Shown piece after piece: positions 9,467 through 19,105 of a stretch of DNA of 59,303 nt. The stretch covers positions 1-59,303 of the IMG/VR virus record IMGVR_UViG_3300005573_000105; one strand, 5' to 3'. The notes beneath the pieces were generated by a model. It ran no database searches. It saw only the letters and a list, made by a program, of their open reading frames with translations, and was not told where the DNA came from. Position 1 is the stretch's first letter. Each line of letters opens with the position of its first letter. This stretch comes from a virus. Its lineage: Duplodnaviria; Caudoviricetes. The position numbers were made by a program, and so were the translations under genes.

Positions 9467-10429
9467 TTATTTCTTCGCAAATCTGGCGCGCAGAACTTCG
9501 GCACGAGAGAGAACTGCCGGTACTGCTGCGCCTGTTGTGGCTGCGGGTTGGGCAGCCGTCTCAGAACGGGATGTCTGTATCGAAGCCGCAGACTGGACGG
9601 GTTGTGGTTGCTCCTGGGATTGACTTTTCGCACTTTCCACAGTAGCCGCCGCTGGGGTAGGGTTTTCCTCCAATTTTATCCGCCCTTCGAACTTCGCTGG
9701 ACCCTGTTCTGCTACTGGTTGCTGAGGAGCTGCCGCTGGGGATGGAGCTGCTGCTGCAGCGGGCTGACCTGCCAGCAATTCATGCACCTCAGCATAGCTG
9801 CGATGAACGAGGATATCTGGTAGAGGATGCTCCACAATGTAGTTTACATACGCCTCGGCTACGGGGGAAGGTTTGCGGGCAACTTGCATCCCGACATACT
9901 TCACCTGCTGAGTTCCCGAAGTGCCTTCACGATCGAAGGAGACATCATAACCACCTTCGGGATCGTCCAGGTGGTACAACTCACCTGTCATCCGGTCATG
10001 AGCGCATTTGGTGAGGTCACGGTCGACTGTCCACGGCATGGCCCAAGCAAGAGGCTTCTTCTCATCCTTGCGGTCAAGCAGCCACACCAGTACGCGACGG
10101 GTTGGCTTGAAATCGTCGGCATTATCCTGCCCACGATCCTCTGCCTGCATTCGCGCTTCGCACACTGGGCATGGTTTGTTCTCCATCTTGAGAGTACAGA
10201 GCACGGAGGCGTTCTGCGGGCCTACCCCAAAGTGAACCCAGATGTCAAGACCGTAATGCTTGGGATCAGCCCAGGTTGGAGGGAGAATCCGAATCCAATT
10301 TTCGCCCGTCTTAACGCTGTAGGTTTCGAATTGATCCTTAATGAAGCCAATGTAGCTGGAACCGCTTTGGTTCTCGCGCTTTTCCCAGTCTTCACTCTTT
10401 CTCGCTTGGTACTTGAACTTGGGCGCCAT
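9467..10429 (-). CDS. T4 gp32-like single-stranded DNA-binding protein
   Basis: IRILPP, HFGV, C...CPVCE zinc site, DPEGGYDV; low-complexity C-terminal tail. Confidence 0.8.
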   Translation of the reverse strand: MAPKFKYQARKSEDWEKRENQSGSSYIGFIKDQFETYSVKTGENWIRILPPTWADPKHYGLDIWVHFGVGPQNASVLCTLKMENKPCPVCEARMQAEDRGQDNADDFKPTRRVLVWLLDRKDEKKPLAWAMPWTVDRDLTKCAHDRMTGELYHLDDPEGGYDVSFDREGTSGTQQVKYVGMQVARKPSPVAEAYVNYIVEHPLPDILVHRSYAEVHELLAGQPAAAAAPSPAAAPQQPVAEQGPAKFEGRIKLEENPTPAAATVESAKSQSQEQPQPVQSAASIQTSRSETAAQPAATTGAAVPAVLSRAEVLRARFAKK

Positions 10430-10479
10430 TTTTGTGGTACTCCTTCTTCGCGTTGTAGTATGCTGTAAAAACTAATCGG

Positions 10480-10527
10480 AAAAAAACGTATACCCCCACC
10501 AAGCAAGCGAACCCGAGGGCGAGGTAC
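10480..10527 (-). terminator. Possible intrinsic terminator/attenuator
   Basis: GUACCUCGCC can pair with GGUGGGGGUAU (one bulge), followed by a U7 run on the minus strand. Confidence 0.35.
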
Positions 10528-10537
10528 TCTGCAAATT

Positions 10538-11044
10538 TCATGTTTGTTTCACCGCCGTGCGTGGATTGGCTGGTCCTCTCATCTCAGCTCGGCGCTTGCT
10601 CAAGATGTGGTCTTGGGAGATAAATCCAGCCGCAACCAGATCTGCTACTACGCGCATCGAGGAGGACTTCGTCCGAAACGCGTCTTGCATATTGCGCCAA
10701 AGCGCTGCGTCTAGCTTAGCTCGGTTGTAAAGGTTGAGAGCTTCGATATAGTTAGGCTCGGAAGGCATAGAGGAAGCAATTGCTGTTTCAGATGGACCCT
10801 TCCCTTTCTCATCGGTTTGTTTCCTCATTCTGGCCGCACATTCGGCCTGTACCAACGCCAGGTTATCTTTCGCTGAGTCGGCCGTATCGCTAGCGATAAC
10901 CGCGTATTCGCCTGCTTCGTGGATCAGGATGCTGATCTCTGAAAGCTCCTCATCCATAGCCATAAGATCTAGGGGAAGCTTGCACTTGAACCACTTGTAC
11001 TTCTCGGGTTGCAACACTGGCGTAACTTCTTCAGTTAAGACCAC
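10538..11044 (-). CDS. Coiled-coil protein, possibly UvsY-like recombination mediator
   Basis: Helical coiled-coil sequence; position next to SSB/RecA. Confidence 0.5.
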   Translation of the reverse strand: MVLTEEVTPVLQPEKYKWFKCKLPLDLMAMDEELSEISILIHEAGEYAVIASDTADSAKDNLALVQAECAARMRKQTDEKGKGPSETAIASSMPSEPNYIEALNLYNRAKLDAALWRNMQDAFRTKSSSMRVVADLVAAGFISQDHILSKRRAEMRGPANPRTAVKQT

Positions 11045-11952
11045 AGAATTCCTCCCACCGCAACAGCAAGATGCACTTTCTTATCCCAACAAGTTCTAGG
11101 ATACGTAAGTGCATCGAGAATCGCCCATCCACGCTTTGCGGAACCTTCATCGGACTTGAGCATTACACTTGTAATATACCGAGATGCATGAGCAAAGGCT
11201 TCCTCTTCATCCTCAATCCCGTTGAGCAGGTCCGCAATACGCTTCCAATCCTTGCCTCCCTGCATCAGATACTTGCAAAGATCAATCACAGGAGAGGACT
11301 CCACCTCTACGGAGGCGATGATCTGCGCCAGCTCCTCGCGCGACTGTACACCGTGGCCAGCTTGCAGGATGCTCAGTGCTTTGCGGGGCTGACCTGTTGA
11401 AGCTTGTATGATCCCGGTAAGCACATCCGGCACCACCTGCCAACCTTCCAACTCGCACACAACATCGATGAACTCAGACATTGTGTTCGCCGAAAGCGGC
11501 TTGAGCACTGTATGAAAGCACCGAGTCTTGATGCTTTCTGGCACTTTGCTTGGATCGGTAGTGCACAGAGCGATGTACAAGAACGGCGGCGGCTCCTCTA
11601 ACAACTTGAGCAGCGCCTGCCAGGCAGTCTTACTGAACACGTGGCACTCATCCAGAATGTACATCCGAGACTGCTCAGCGATAACGGGAGTAAAATTGCT
11701 CATGTCCACCAACTCGCGAGCATCCTCTACACCGGCGTGAGAAGCAATATCAATTTCAGTAACCGAAGCTCCCACCATGGATGCAACAATCCTAGCCATG
11801 GTGGTCTTGCCCAAGCCCGGTGGGCCAGAGAACAAAAAAGAGTGAGGACGACTAGGGGAGTCCAGTGCGTCCCTCAAGGACTTGACCGCAACTTCGTGAC
11901 CTGCCACCTCTTCCAGTATCTGTGGGCGGTACTTCGTAATCAATGGTTCCAT
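11035..11952 (-). CDS. dnaX: Clamp loader ATPase, DnaX (gamma/tau)-like
   Basis: KYRPQ, SGPPGLGKTT, ILDECH, LLKLLEEPP, IKTRC. Confidence 0.93.
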   Translation of the reverse strand: MEPLITKYRPQILEEVAGHEVAVKSLRDALDSPSRPHSFLFSGPPGLGKTTMARIVASMVGASVTEIDIASHAGVEDARELVDMSNFTPVIAEQSRMYILDECHVFSKTAWQALLKLLEEPPPFLYIALCTTDPSKVPESIKTRCFHTVLKPLSANTMSEFIDVVCELEGWQVVPDVLTGIIQASTGQPRKALSILQAGHGVQSREELAQIIASVEVESSPVIDLCKYLMQGGKDWKRIADLLNGIEDEEEAFAHASRYITSVMLKSDEGSAKRGWAILDALTYPRTCWDKKVHLAVAVGGILWS

Positions 11953-11984
11953 GTGCCTTATATACCCCGTTTAGTGCACTATCG

Positions 11985-14474
11985 CTAAGTTAGATACGAA
12001 CCTTCAAACTTGGCTACAACTTCGAAATCCGACCAATCGTACCCAATCTTGGCTTCCGTCATTAGCGGGACGGTGATAAATGGGAAACGCGGGCGGACTA
12101 TTTCCTCGCCTATAACTCGTATATACCGTTCTAAGTCACTATCGTCTGGTATGAAGAAAGTAAGGTCATCGTGTATGTTAATCCTTGGCAAGAAGTGAGC
12201 ATCTTCTATCATCCCTTTAACAAAGAGGGCGTTCTGCGCTTCCACTACAATGTGCGCTGCCGTGCCTTGTATGGGCGTGTTAATCGGCTCATTGCCCGAA
12301 AGAATTTCGTTTCGGACTAGATTGGTAAGCGTCTTGACGTAGCCATGCTGAGCGTACATCTGAAACATCTCAGCTGCCCATTGTTTTACTCCTTTATACT
12401 CAGCCCAGAATTCCTCCCATACATCAGACACGATGCTCTCGGGAATCATTGTTCGAGCTGCTACGGATTTCTTCTTAGACCCGTAGAAGCTGGCGAAAAC
12501 AAAATCCGTCTTGATGATGTCTCGACCATACTTTCGAATCTGCTTCTCCTCAGTCTGCCCTGTCTTATTCGCCAGCCGCTCTAGATACCGAGGATAGTAG
12601 TCCAGAATCTTATTCAACCACTTCGAGTGGATGTCGACTTTGTCAATGATCTGCTGTGAGAGAACTTTGTCCCTACTCGCCATAGCTAGAACGCGCGCTT
12701 CCAGTTGCCCGTAGTCACAGGACAGCATCACAAACCCTGGAGGAGGGATGATCTGCTTCCGAACTTCTCGGTTCTTCCGCTTCGGAAAGTTTTGGATGTT
12801 TGGATCCTGGGAGCTGAGTCGTCCGGTCGCGGTTAAGACCGTCGTGTAGGATGGGTGTAGCAGCCCGTCTACCCCTACGATCTGACCTCGCAAGAGGGGG
12901 TCCACGTATGTAGACTCTTGCTTCTTGACCTCACGGTAATCAAGCACAAGTCTAACAAACCGATGCTTGTCGACCAGCGGTTCTAGGAGACTTTCGTCTG
13001 TGGAGTACTTATGCTGAGCTGTCTTGGGCAGCTTGAGCTTGCAGTAGTTGACAATCACGTTAGCAACATCTTCTGGGGCTGAGAGCCGCATTTTCGTGTT
13101 GGTGTCTCGCTCATAGGCCACCACATCGTACAACGCTCGAGCTTCTTCCTCAATTTTGTCAGCCTTAACTGCAAAACTCTTCTTCAACTCATAGCTCTGG
13201 CTAATATCGATCGGAAGACCCATGAGTTCCATCGAAGCTGTCGAGAAGGTCGTGTCAAGAGCTCGCTCATAATTGGCTTGCTGATCGGCTGGTAGTTCCA
13301 ACAGCGAGTCTACTAGCGCCGTAGCCCACGAATCGTAACCGTTGTATTTGAGCACCTCTTGTAGTGGGTAGCGCAGTATTTCCTCATCCTGCCGGCGCAT
13401 AGCGCGGGTCAGCGCTGTATCCGTCGCATCCTTCACCTTGCTACCGAGATGGATTTGCGTCTGCGTGTCTAGGGAGGCAACACCTGTCCGCTGATAGATA
13501 AACCTCGCCTTGATCATTGTATCGCCGAAATGCTGGTTCGGGTACTTGGTGTAGTACCACGTCCACACTAGCTCAAACCCTGCGTTGTGCGCAGTCCACA
13601 TTCGGTCGTTCTTCATTACCTCGAGAAAGAAATCCATCCCCCACTTATCTGCCGCCCCTGGCCACTCTATCGGCCACGCAAACGTGAGCTCCCCATCGGA
13701 GAATGCACCGGTCAACAGCTTGGCATCCCGGAGATAAGGTTTCTTCTTAGAAGTCTCGATATCCAGTACTGGATTAGGTTTCATTCGAGCGTAGAGTGAC
13801 CTAGCTTCTGCCAGTGACTTCGGGATAATGATGTTGGTTGGGAGCTCAGGAATCGTAGGCCGCTTGAGAAACTTGGAGGAAAGAGCAAAGAACTTATCAA
13901 TGTCATGCTTGAAGATGGGAAACACCGGATTAAATCTGTCATCTCCTGGTTGCGCGTCGGGTGACCCTTTACGCTCTACGCCAAGAGGATTATAAATCCC
14001 GTAAATCCAGCAAGTCGTCCCGCCAGGAAGTTTATAGGGAATTGGTATCCCTCGAAGCTTTGAAATAGAACCGCCCGGAACAAAGTAGTCAAACGCTTCA
14101 TCACCCACAGTTAGAATCACATGGGGCTGTAGCTTATCCAGATCTGGCTCCATGAACGCTGTTGTGCAGCACTCAACTTCGACCGCAGTAGGGATACGGC
14201 TCTTCGGCGGTCGACAGCGGACAATGTTGGCCCAGTAGAGATACTTCTCCACTCCTGATGGAAGGTACTTGCGGAAAAACCTACCCGGCTTACCTACAAA
14301 CAACTTCCCCTCCCGATCCTCTTCCTCTCCCGGAGCATTACCCACCACTAACGTGAGTGGCCTGTCCGCAGGGGTTGCCCACGACGGCGTGATAAGCGCC
14401 ATCTTCGGGTGATTGAGGAATTTCCATTCATGCCTAAGGGGGCAGGCATCGCAACCATTCAAGTCGATTAGCAC
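11985..14474 (-). CDS. polA: Family A DNA polymerase with N-terminal family-4 UDG-like domain and 3'-5' exonuclease (SPO1-like architecture)
   Basis: CDACPL...GNAPG...FVG...NIVRCRPP...C (UDG4-like); LDIET, AHNAGFE, YNGYD (exo); TATGRLSS, DYGQLEAR, KTDFVF..FYG, NTPIQG, IHDD (pol). Confidence 0.93.
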   Translation of the reverse strand: MLIDLNGCDACPLRHEWKFLNHPKMALITPSWATPADRPLTLVVGNAPGEEEDREGKLFVGKPGRFFRKYLPSGVEKYLYWANIVRCRPPKSRIPTAVEVECCTTAFMEPDLDKLQPHVILTVGDEAFDYFVPGGSISKLRGIPIPYKLPGGTTCWIYGIYNPLGVERKGSPDAQPGDDRFNPVFPIFKHDIDKFFALSSKFLKRPTIPELPTNIIIPKSLAEARSLYARMKPNPVLDIETSKKKPYLRDAKLLTGAFSDGELTFAWPIEWPGAADKWGMDFFLEVMKNDRMWTAHNAGFELVWTWYYTKYPNQHFGDTMIKARFIYQRTGVASLDTQTQIHLGSKVKDATDTALTRAMRRQDEEILRYPLQEVLKYNGYDSWATALVDSLLELPADQQANYERALDTTFSTASMELMGLPIDISQSYELKKSFAVKADKIEEEARALYDVVAYERDTNTKMRLSAPEDVANVIVNYCKLKLPKTAQHKYSTDESLLEPLVDKHRFVRLVLDYREVKKQESTYVDPLLRGQIVGVDGLLHPSYTTVLTATGRLSSQDPNIQNFPKRKNREVRKQIIPPPGFVMLSCDYGQLEARVLAMASRDKVLSQQIIDKVDIHSKWLNKILDYYPRYLERLANKTGQTEEKQIRKYGRDIIKTDFVFASFYGSKKKSVAARTMIPESIVSDVWEEFWAEYKGVKQWAAEMFQMYAQHGYVKTLTNLVRNEILSGNEPINTPIQGTAAHIVVEAQNALFVKGMIEDAHFLPRINIHDDLTFFIPDDSDLERYIRVIGEEIVRPRFPFITVPLMTEAKIGYDWSDFEVVAKFEGSYLT

Positions 14475-15562
14475 TACTTCGCTCCGCCCCCCAGCACATA
14501 CTGGAAGCCATAGTCCGCTCCGACCATAATCAAGATCTTCTGGGGGAGATAGTCTAGAACAATCCCGTCTACATGCGCAAGCGGTGTGATAAGCATATCA
14601 AGGGGGAGCGAGACGGATGCGTAGCTCACCGTCTCATCTATCCCCTCTGCGAGAAAGTACTCCTCCGCGCTGGAGGTCACTCCTCGATGCTCAAGAACCA
14701 GCTTGCCGAAGTCAACGCGTAAACCAACCTGCACAGACTGCTTCTTGTCCGCCAATGTTCGAGCGCGGTTGAGAAACTTCTTCAGCGCACCAACGTTAAC
14801 ATCTATCATGTTCTCCATGTTCGAATACTTGGCCAGCACCTTCAACAAGTCGTGCTCCAACGGCGCTGCTACTGGGAGCAAGGCCACCAGTTCTTCACTC
14901 AGGATGAAGATTCCGGTAGATGAAAATGCAATGGTCGGGTTAGTGGTAGATTCAACGATATGAGCAAAGATTGAAGGGATAGGTGGGCGAAGAGTTAGCT
15001 TCGTTGCTCCCAACGAGCCTAGTGTAGGATCTCCAGATATCTCTGTGTAAGCCAATGCAACAGAGTTGCTGCTAATCATTCGGAGAGGAAACCCCTCCTC
15101 AGCGCTGCCGAGCGATAGCTCCACACCATACAACCCAATTGAGACGGCTGATGTTGTACAGGCACTGCCGGCAACAAGCAACGCTTCTCCAAATCCCGCA
15201 GGTGGGTGCCATTCACAGCGCTCTGGTATCGAGATCGCCGGGATCTTGTGCTCCTGCTGAACAGTCATCCAATGGCCTTTCGCCTCAGCGCACCGCCAGT
15301 GAACAGCAGCATCCTTCTTAGTAAATGTGATCTCGTCAGCATCGTCCAACGACGTGAGAACAGCCAACAGTGAACTGGCTTCAAGCAGGACTGGAACGCT
15401 TAATCCTTCTACTCCCGTCCAGATTTCAACGTTGCCAAACTCTGAGCAGGCTCGGATGGTTTCTGGCCCGAGCTCAATGCTGCGATAAAGCGGTGTCAGC
15501 GAATTCGAGTTCGCCATCTTCGCGGCCAACTTGACCGCGTTTGTGAGTGTAGAAACTAGCAT
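14474..15562 (-). CDS. dnaN: DNA polymerase III beta sliding clamp-like protein
   Basis: 362 aa, three-domain size, MISSNSVALA resembling the vaTDg.RLa motif; beside clamp loader and polymerase. Confidence 0.7.
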   Translation of the reverse strand: MLVSTLTNAVKLAAKMANSNSLTPLYRSIELGPETIRACSEFGNVEIWTGVEGLSVPVLLEASSLLAVLTSLDDADEITFTKKDAAVHWRCAEAKGHWMTVQQEHKIPAISIPERCEWHPPAGFGEALLVAGSACTTSAVSIGLYGVELSLGSAEEGFPLRMISSNSVALAYTEISGDPTLGSLGATKLTLRPPIPSIFAHIVESTTNPTIAFSSTGIFILSEELVALLPVAAPLEHDLLKVLAKYSNMENMIDVNVGALKKFLNRARTLADKKQSVQVGLRVDFGKLVLEHRGVTSSAEEYFLAEGIDETVSYASVSLPLDMLITPLAHVDGIVLDYLPQKILIMVGADYGFQYVLGGGAK

Positions 15563-15635
15563 AACTACCTAGCTTTCTTGGTTGATTGAATTAAGGTTCT
15601 GACCTTCTCTGCTAAGGTTTTATCCAGCGATGCCC

Positions 15636-16655
15636 CTACAACAAGAACTCCTGTAGAATGTCCCAATAGCGCGCAAACTTTGGATTACGCTCGCATTCAC
15701 CCTTCGGGTCATATAACCACTTCTGCAACTCAGGCCAGAACTTCTGCTCTAAGTAGAAATAGCTTATCAGCACATTTGTTATACCGAGAGACGTCAACAC
15801 TGGAAGACCCCACGGACAAACAGCTGTGGAAATAACGAAGAACATCTTTATCTTATCTAATCGAGGAGCGCCTTGCCTGGCGCTCAGGGTACCACACAGC
15901 GTCGCATTCTTCTTGTAAGCATTCACCCCGATAGATAGATCACACACCTCCAGGAGATGTTTACAGTTGAGGTAGCAGCGGATCATTGTCAACTCTACCG
16001 CGCGAAGCTTCCACTTCATCAGCATGTCCACATTGATCCCACGCTCTGTGATATGCTTCTCCCACACGTCCCGCTTCAGCTTCGGGTCGTCCAAAGCAAT
16101 GTAGTTGTTGTTTCGGACCTTCTTGGTTCGAAGTTGGTATGGCTTTCCTTGAATGTAGATACACCCAGTTTTGCCGGAGGCTATTTGCCAAGTTGCGGAA
16201 TCCGCGCTGAAGAAAGGATACGTCCGCATCGAATGTGGCGAGGTATCACCAAAGGCATGAAACTTCGCCACAGGATAACCAGCCGAATCGGTCACATGAT
16301 TCCACATCAGATTATGCCACACTAGGTTCTCCGCTGGTGAGACGAGGGAGGTTCCCGACAAACCGATGTAGTCTGTCTCATCCAACATCATGTCCAACCA
16401 CTTGACGTTCTCTCTAGCGTGGAAGACGGGCATAACATCGATGCCTCGCTTCCTCATACGTAGAAAATTGTTCCAACCGGCTGCAGCCGCAGCCTCTGGG
16501 CTCTCAGGAGCAATCACGTCTAGGTTAACGGCGTGATAGATATCAGCTTTGTTGGCCAGAAGAAAGTCACCGTAAGCGGTGATGTCAATGGCGACGCCTT
16601 TTGTGTGCGCGCTATAAGCTCCCGAATCAAGGACTAGGTCTATTACAGGCTTCAT
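15636..16655 (-). CDS. dpdA: DpdA-type DNA-guanine transglycosylase (7-deazaguanine insertion)
   Basis: VLDSGAYSAHTKG, NLDVI, MPVFH, YIGLSG, KFHAFG, PFFSADSATW; adjacent to folE in a que gene-containing operon. Confidence 0.85.
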   Translation of the reverse strand: MKPVIDLVLDSGAYSAHTKGVAIDITAYGDFLLANKADIYHAVNLDVIAPESPEAAAAAGWNNFLRMRKRGIDVMPVFHARENVKWLDMMLDETDYIGLSGTSLVSPAENLVWHNLMWNHVTDSAGYPVAKFHAFGDTSPHSMRTYPFFSADSATWQIASGKTGCIYIQGKPYQLRTKKVRNNNYIALDDPKLKRDVWEKHITERGINVDMLMKWKLRAVELTMIRCYLNCKHLLEVCDLSIGVNAYKKNATLCGTLSARQGAPRLDKIKMFFVISTAVCPWGLPVLTSLGITNVLISYFYLEQKFWPELQKWLYDPKGECERNPKFARYWDILQEFLL

Positions 16656-17251
16656 TTTAGCTCCACAAGACGGAGAAACTCATTGCGAGTTTCTGGAGAA
16701 TCATAAAACTCTCCGAATAGCGCAGAGGTAATTGTTTCTGATTCCGGCTGCCGGACTCCGCGCGAAATCATACACATGTGAATCGCTCGAACAAGAACAG
16801 CTACATCATTAGAATTGGTTGCTTGCTTCACCATCGAAGCTACCTCAGTCGTAAGCCTCTCCTGCACTTGCAGCTTACGACTCACTAGATCAACGATGCG
16901 AGCAAACTTAGATAGGCCAAGAATGTTGCCTTCACGCGGCACATATGCTATATCGATTGTACCGAAGAAGGGAGCCATGTGATGTTCGCAGTGTGAGACA
17001 AAATGCATCTTACGAACCAAGATCACCTGATTGTAGTTTTGAGCTTCACCATGGAACATCCCACCCGCAATGGAGCTAGCCTGCTCGTCCTTGAACTCAG
17101 GGTCGTATCCCGAGCCCCAGTCGTTCTCCCATGCGCTGACCACACGCTCGGGAGTGCCTAACAACCCGGGACGCTCAGGATCTTCGCCGATATAGGCCAA
17201 GAGCGTCCGGATTGCTTGTAGCGCTTCTTTTCGGTTACGCAGCCGCTGCAC
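16652..17251 (-). CDS. folE: GTP cyclohydrolase I
   Basis: GEDPERPGLLGTPER, SHCEHHMAPF, GLSKFAR, LQVQERLT, HMCMISRG. Confidence 0.95.
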   Translation of the reverse strand: MQRLRNRKEALQAIRTLLAYIGEDPERPGLLGTPERVVSAWENDWGSGYDPEFKDEQASSIAGGMFHGEAQNYNQVILVRKMHFVSHCEHHMAPFFGTIDIAYVPREGNILGLSKFARIVDLVSRKLQVQERLTTEVASMVKQATNSNDVAVLVRAIHMCMISRGVRQPESETITSALFGEFYDSPETRNEFLRLVELK

Positions 17252-17831
17252 CGTCCCTCCAATATCCCAGCACTTTGGCCAGCTTAATGGTGGACAAAGT
17301 ATCTGTCCGAAGAGTTGAAATTGTGCCCGTTTTCAACTGCGCCTCATCCCAGCCATCCTCGATCAATTGGGCTCGAAGCTGGGTAGTTCCCCAATCAGGG
17401 TGGATGATGATGAGCTCACGAACAGCTTCGGAAACCCCTCGAGCGCGAGCAGGCTTCTCACCAACCTGCACATCGGGATCAGAAATCGGAAGAGGAAGCT
17501 TCTGCTGCTTCGGAACCCTGAGTGCCTTCTCAGCTTTAGGCTGCTTCTCAGCTTTAGGCTGCTTTTCAGCTTTGGCTGGTGTGGGTTGCTCAGTGACAGG
17601 GGTATTCACAAACCCCGGACACTCTGACACTTCTCCACCCCCATTGATAGTCTGAGCAGCTTGGTTATACCAAGCCTGCGCTGGGTCGGTGAGTTTATTC
17701 CAGATTTCATCTGAAACAGTGTGGACGGCGCGGATAAGACGGCAGAGGTACTCTGTTGCCGACTCTCCTACATTGCGCTGCGCGAAAGACTTTGTTTGCG
17801 CAGCAGCTAGCAATTCTTCATAAATCGTCAT
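17235..17831 (-). CDS. Hypothetical protein with KAEKQP linker repeats
   Basis: RBS AGGAG; operon-packed; 18-bp tandem repeats at ~17524-17574. Confidence 0.7.
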   Translation of the reverse strand: MTIYEELLAAAQTKSFAQRNVGESATEYLCRLIRAVHTVSDEIWNKLTDPAQAWYNQAAQTINGGGEVSECPGFVNTPVTEQPTPAKAEKQPKAEKQPKAEKALRVPKQQKLPLPISDPDVQVGEKPARARGVSEAVRELIIIHPDWGTTQLRAQLIEDGWDEAQLKTGTISTLRTDTLSTIKLAKVLGYWRDGAAAA

Positions 17832-17843
17832 TACGTTAGCTCC

Positions 17844-18563
17844 TCAGCTTAATTTTTTGTTTCGATCGAGTATTGCCTGAACCCAGAAATTCGGGTCAGT
17901 GTAAACAGTAGGATCGTTCACCCCTGCTAAGTGAAGTGCTTCGATGCGTTCAACGCAAGTGCCACAACAACCACAATGCTGCTCCCCACCTTTGTAACAA
18001 GACCAGGTTTGCTCAATAGGTACACCTAAGTCACCGGCCTGCTCGGCGATCTGCGCTTTACTCCAGTCCAAGTAAGGCGATAAAATGTTGGGTACATCTG
18101 TCGTGCCCATTGAGACACACCACATCTTCTGCAGCGCCAGGAGGAATTCTAGACGGCAGTCTGGGTATTGATAATGATCACCGGTGTGGACGGCGGTGGC
18201 AACTGCGCTAGCTCCAATAGAGGAAGCATAGGATGCGGCAATAGTTAGCATGATTGCATTCCGGTTCGGAACAACGGTGACAGCCATGTTGTCTTCGGCG
18301 TAGTGACCTTCTGGAACTTCGATGTCACTTGTTAACGCTGAATTGGAAAAAAGTTTTTTAACATCAGCTAGGTTAATAATCTGGTGAGGAACGTTTAGCA
18401 GTCGAGCTTGCCTCTCTGCATAAAACAACTCTTTGCTGTGTCTTTGACCGTAGTTGAATGAAAGAATGCTCTGCTTCAACCCCTTAGACTTCCACAGATA
18501 AGCCATCGTGACGGAATCTAATCCGCCCGAGACAATAGATACCACATCCACTTTCTCTACCAT
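17844..18563 (-). CDS. queC: 7-cyano-7-deazaguanine (preQ0) synthase
   Basis: SGGLDS, FNYGQRH, VPNRN, YPDCR, TWSCY...CGCCGTC. Confidence 0.95.
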   Translation of the reverse strand: MVEKVDVVSIVSGGLDSVTMAYLWKSKGLKQSILSFNYGQRHSKELFYAERQARLLNVPHQIINLADVKKLFSNSALTSDIEVPEGHYAEDNMAVTVVPNRNAIMLTIAASYASSIGASAVATAVHTGDHYQYPDCRLEFLLALQKMWCVSMGTTDVPNILSPYLDWSKAQIAEQAGDLGVPIEQTWSCYKGGEQHCGCCGTCVERIEALHLAGVNDPTVYTDPNFWVQAILDRNKKLS

Positions 18564-18574
18564 AACACCTCCCC

Positions 18575-19105
18575 TTAACTGAGCAACGTATGCAATTCTT
18601 GAATAACGCTTGTTGAGTCAGTTATACCGCAAAACCGAGCAACCCGCTCCAGCGTCTTCTTCGCAGATAGTCGCTTATTGGGAATTATGGTCTGTAGCAA
18701 CTCAAATGGCGCGTTCTGCAGCACGTCAAGGACAGCCCTCGCTTCTCGCGATGCATTCTTGATTTTGAGCAGCCACGTCTCCTCAAACTCGACAGGCTGT
18801 TCCGGCAGAGGTTCTCCTTCATTCACACTCCATGCCCGTAACCGCGTATCTTTCACTGAAAGATCATTAAATCGGGACATCACCATGAGTTGATACAGAT
18901 GCATAAACCAAGCTGGATTATCCACCTTTGATCCATAACGGGCTCTGCACTCAACCCAAAGTACAGCACATTCGGCCATGAAATCTTTCTCATCGCCAAG
19001 AAAGGAGGCTACACGCCACCAGTTCTTGCTGCAATAGTTTTTAGCCCATTGTTCCCAAGGTCCGGGCCACTCTGAAAGAATCGGGATCCGATTACGTGTA
19101 GCCAT
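18575..19105 (-). CDS. Hypothetical protein, weakly sigma-factor-like
   Basis: Helical; EKDFMAECAVLW...Y resembles sigma region 2; weak. Confidence 0.45.
   Translation of the reverse strand: MATRNRIPILSEWPGPWEQWAKNYCSKNWWRVASFLGDEKDFMAECAVLWVECRARYGSKVDNPAWFMHLYQLMVMSRFNDLSVKDTRLRAWSVNEGEPLPEQPVEFEETWLLKIKNASREARAVLDVLQNAPFELLQTIIPNKRLSAKKTLERVARFCGITDSTSVIQELHTLLS

Noticed and set aside
9466-9633. Long QueF N-terminus and antisense ORFs 8929..9645 and 9242..9823
   Set aside because: Overlap the SSB low-complexity tail or queF antisense; QueF homology begins at 9465
15636-16655. tRNA-guanine transglycosylase (tgt) for queuosine tRNA
   Set aside because: Lacks the TGT zinc-binding CxCxxC motif, has DpdA-type motifs, and no tRNA genes or queA/queG were seen
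17524-17574. 18-bp tandem repeat as iterons
   Set aside because: In-frame KAEKQP linker with only about three copies
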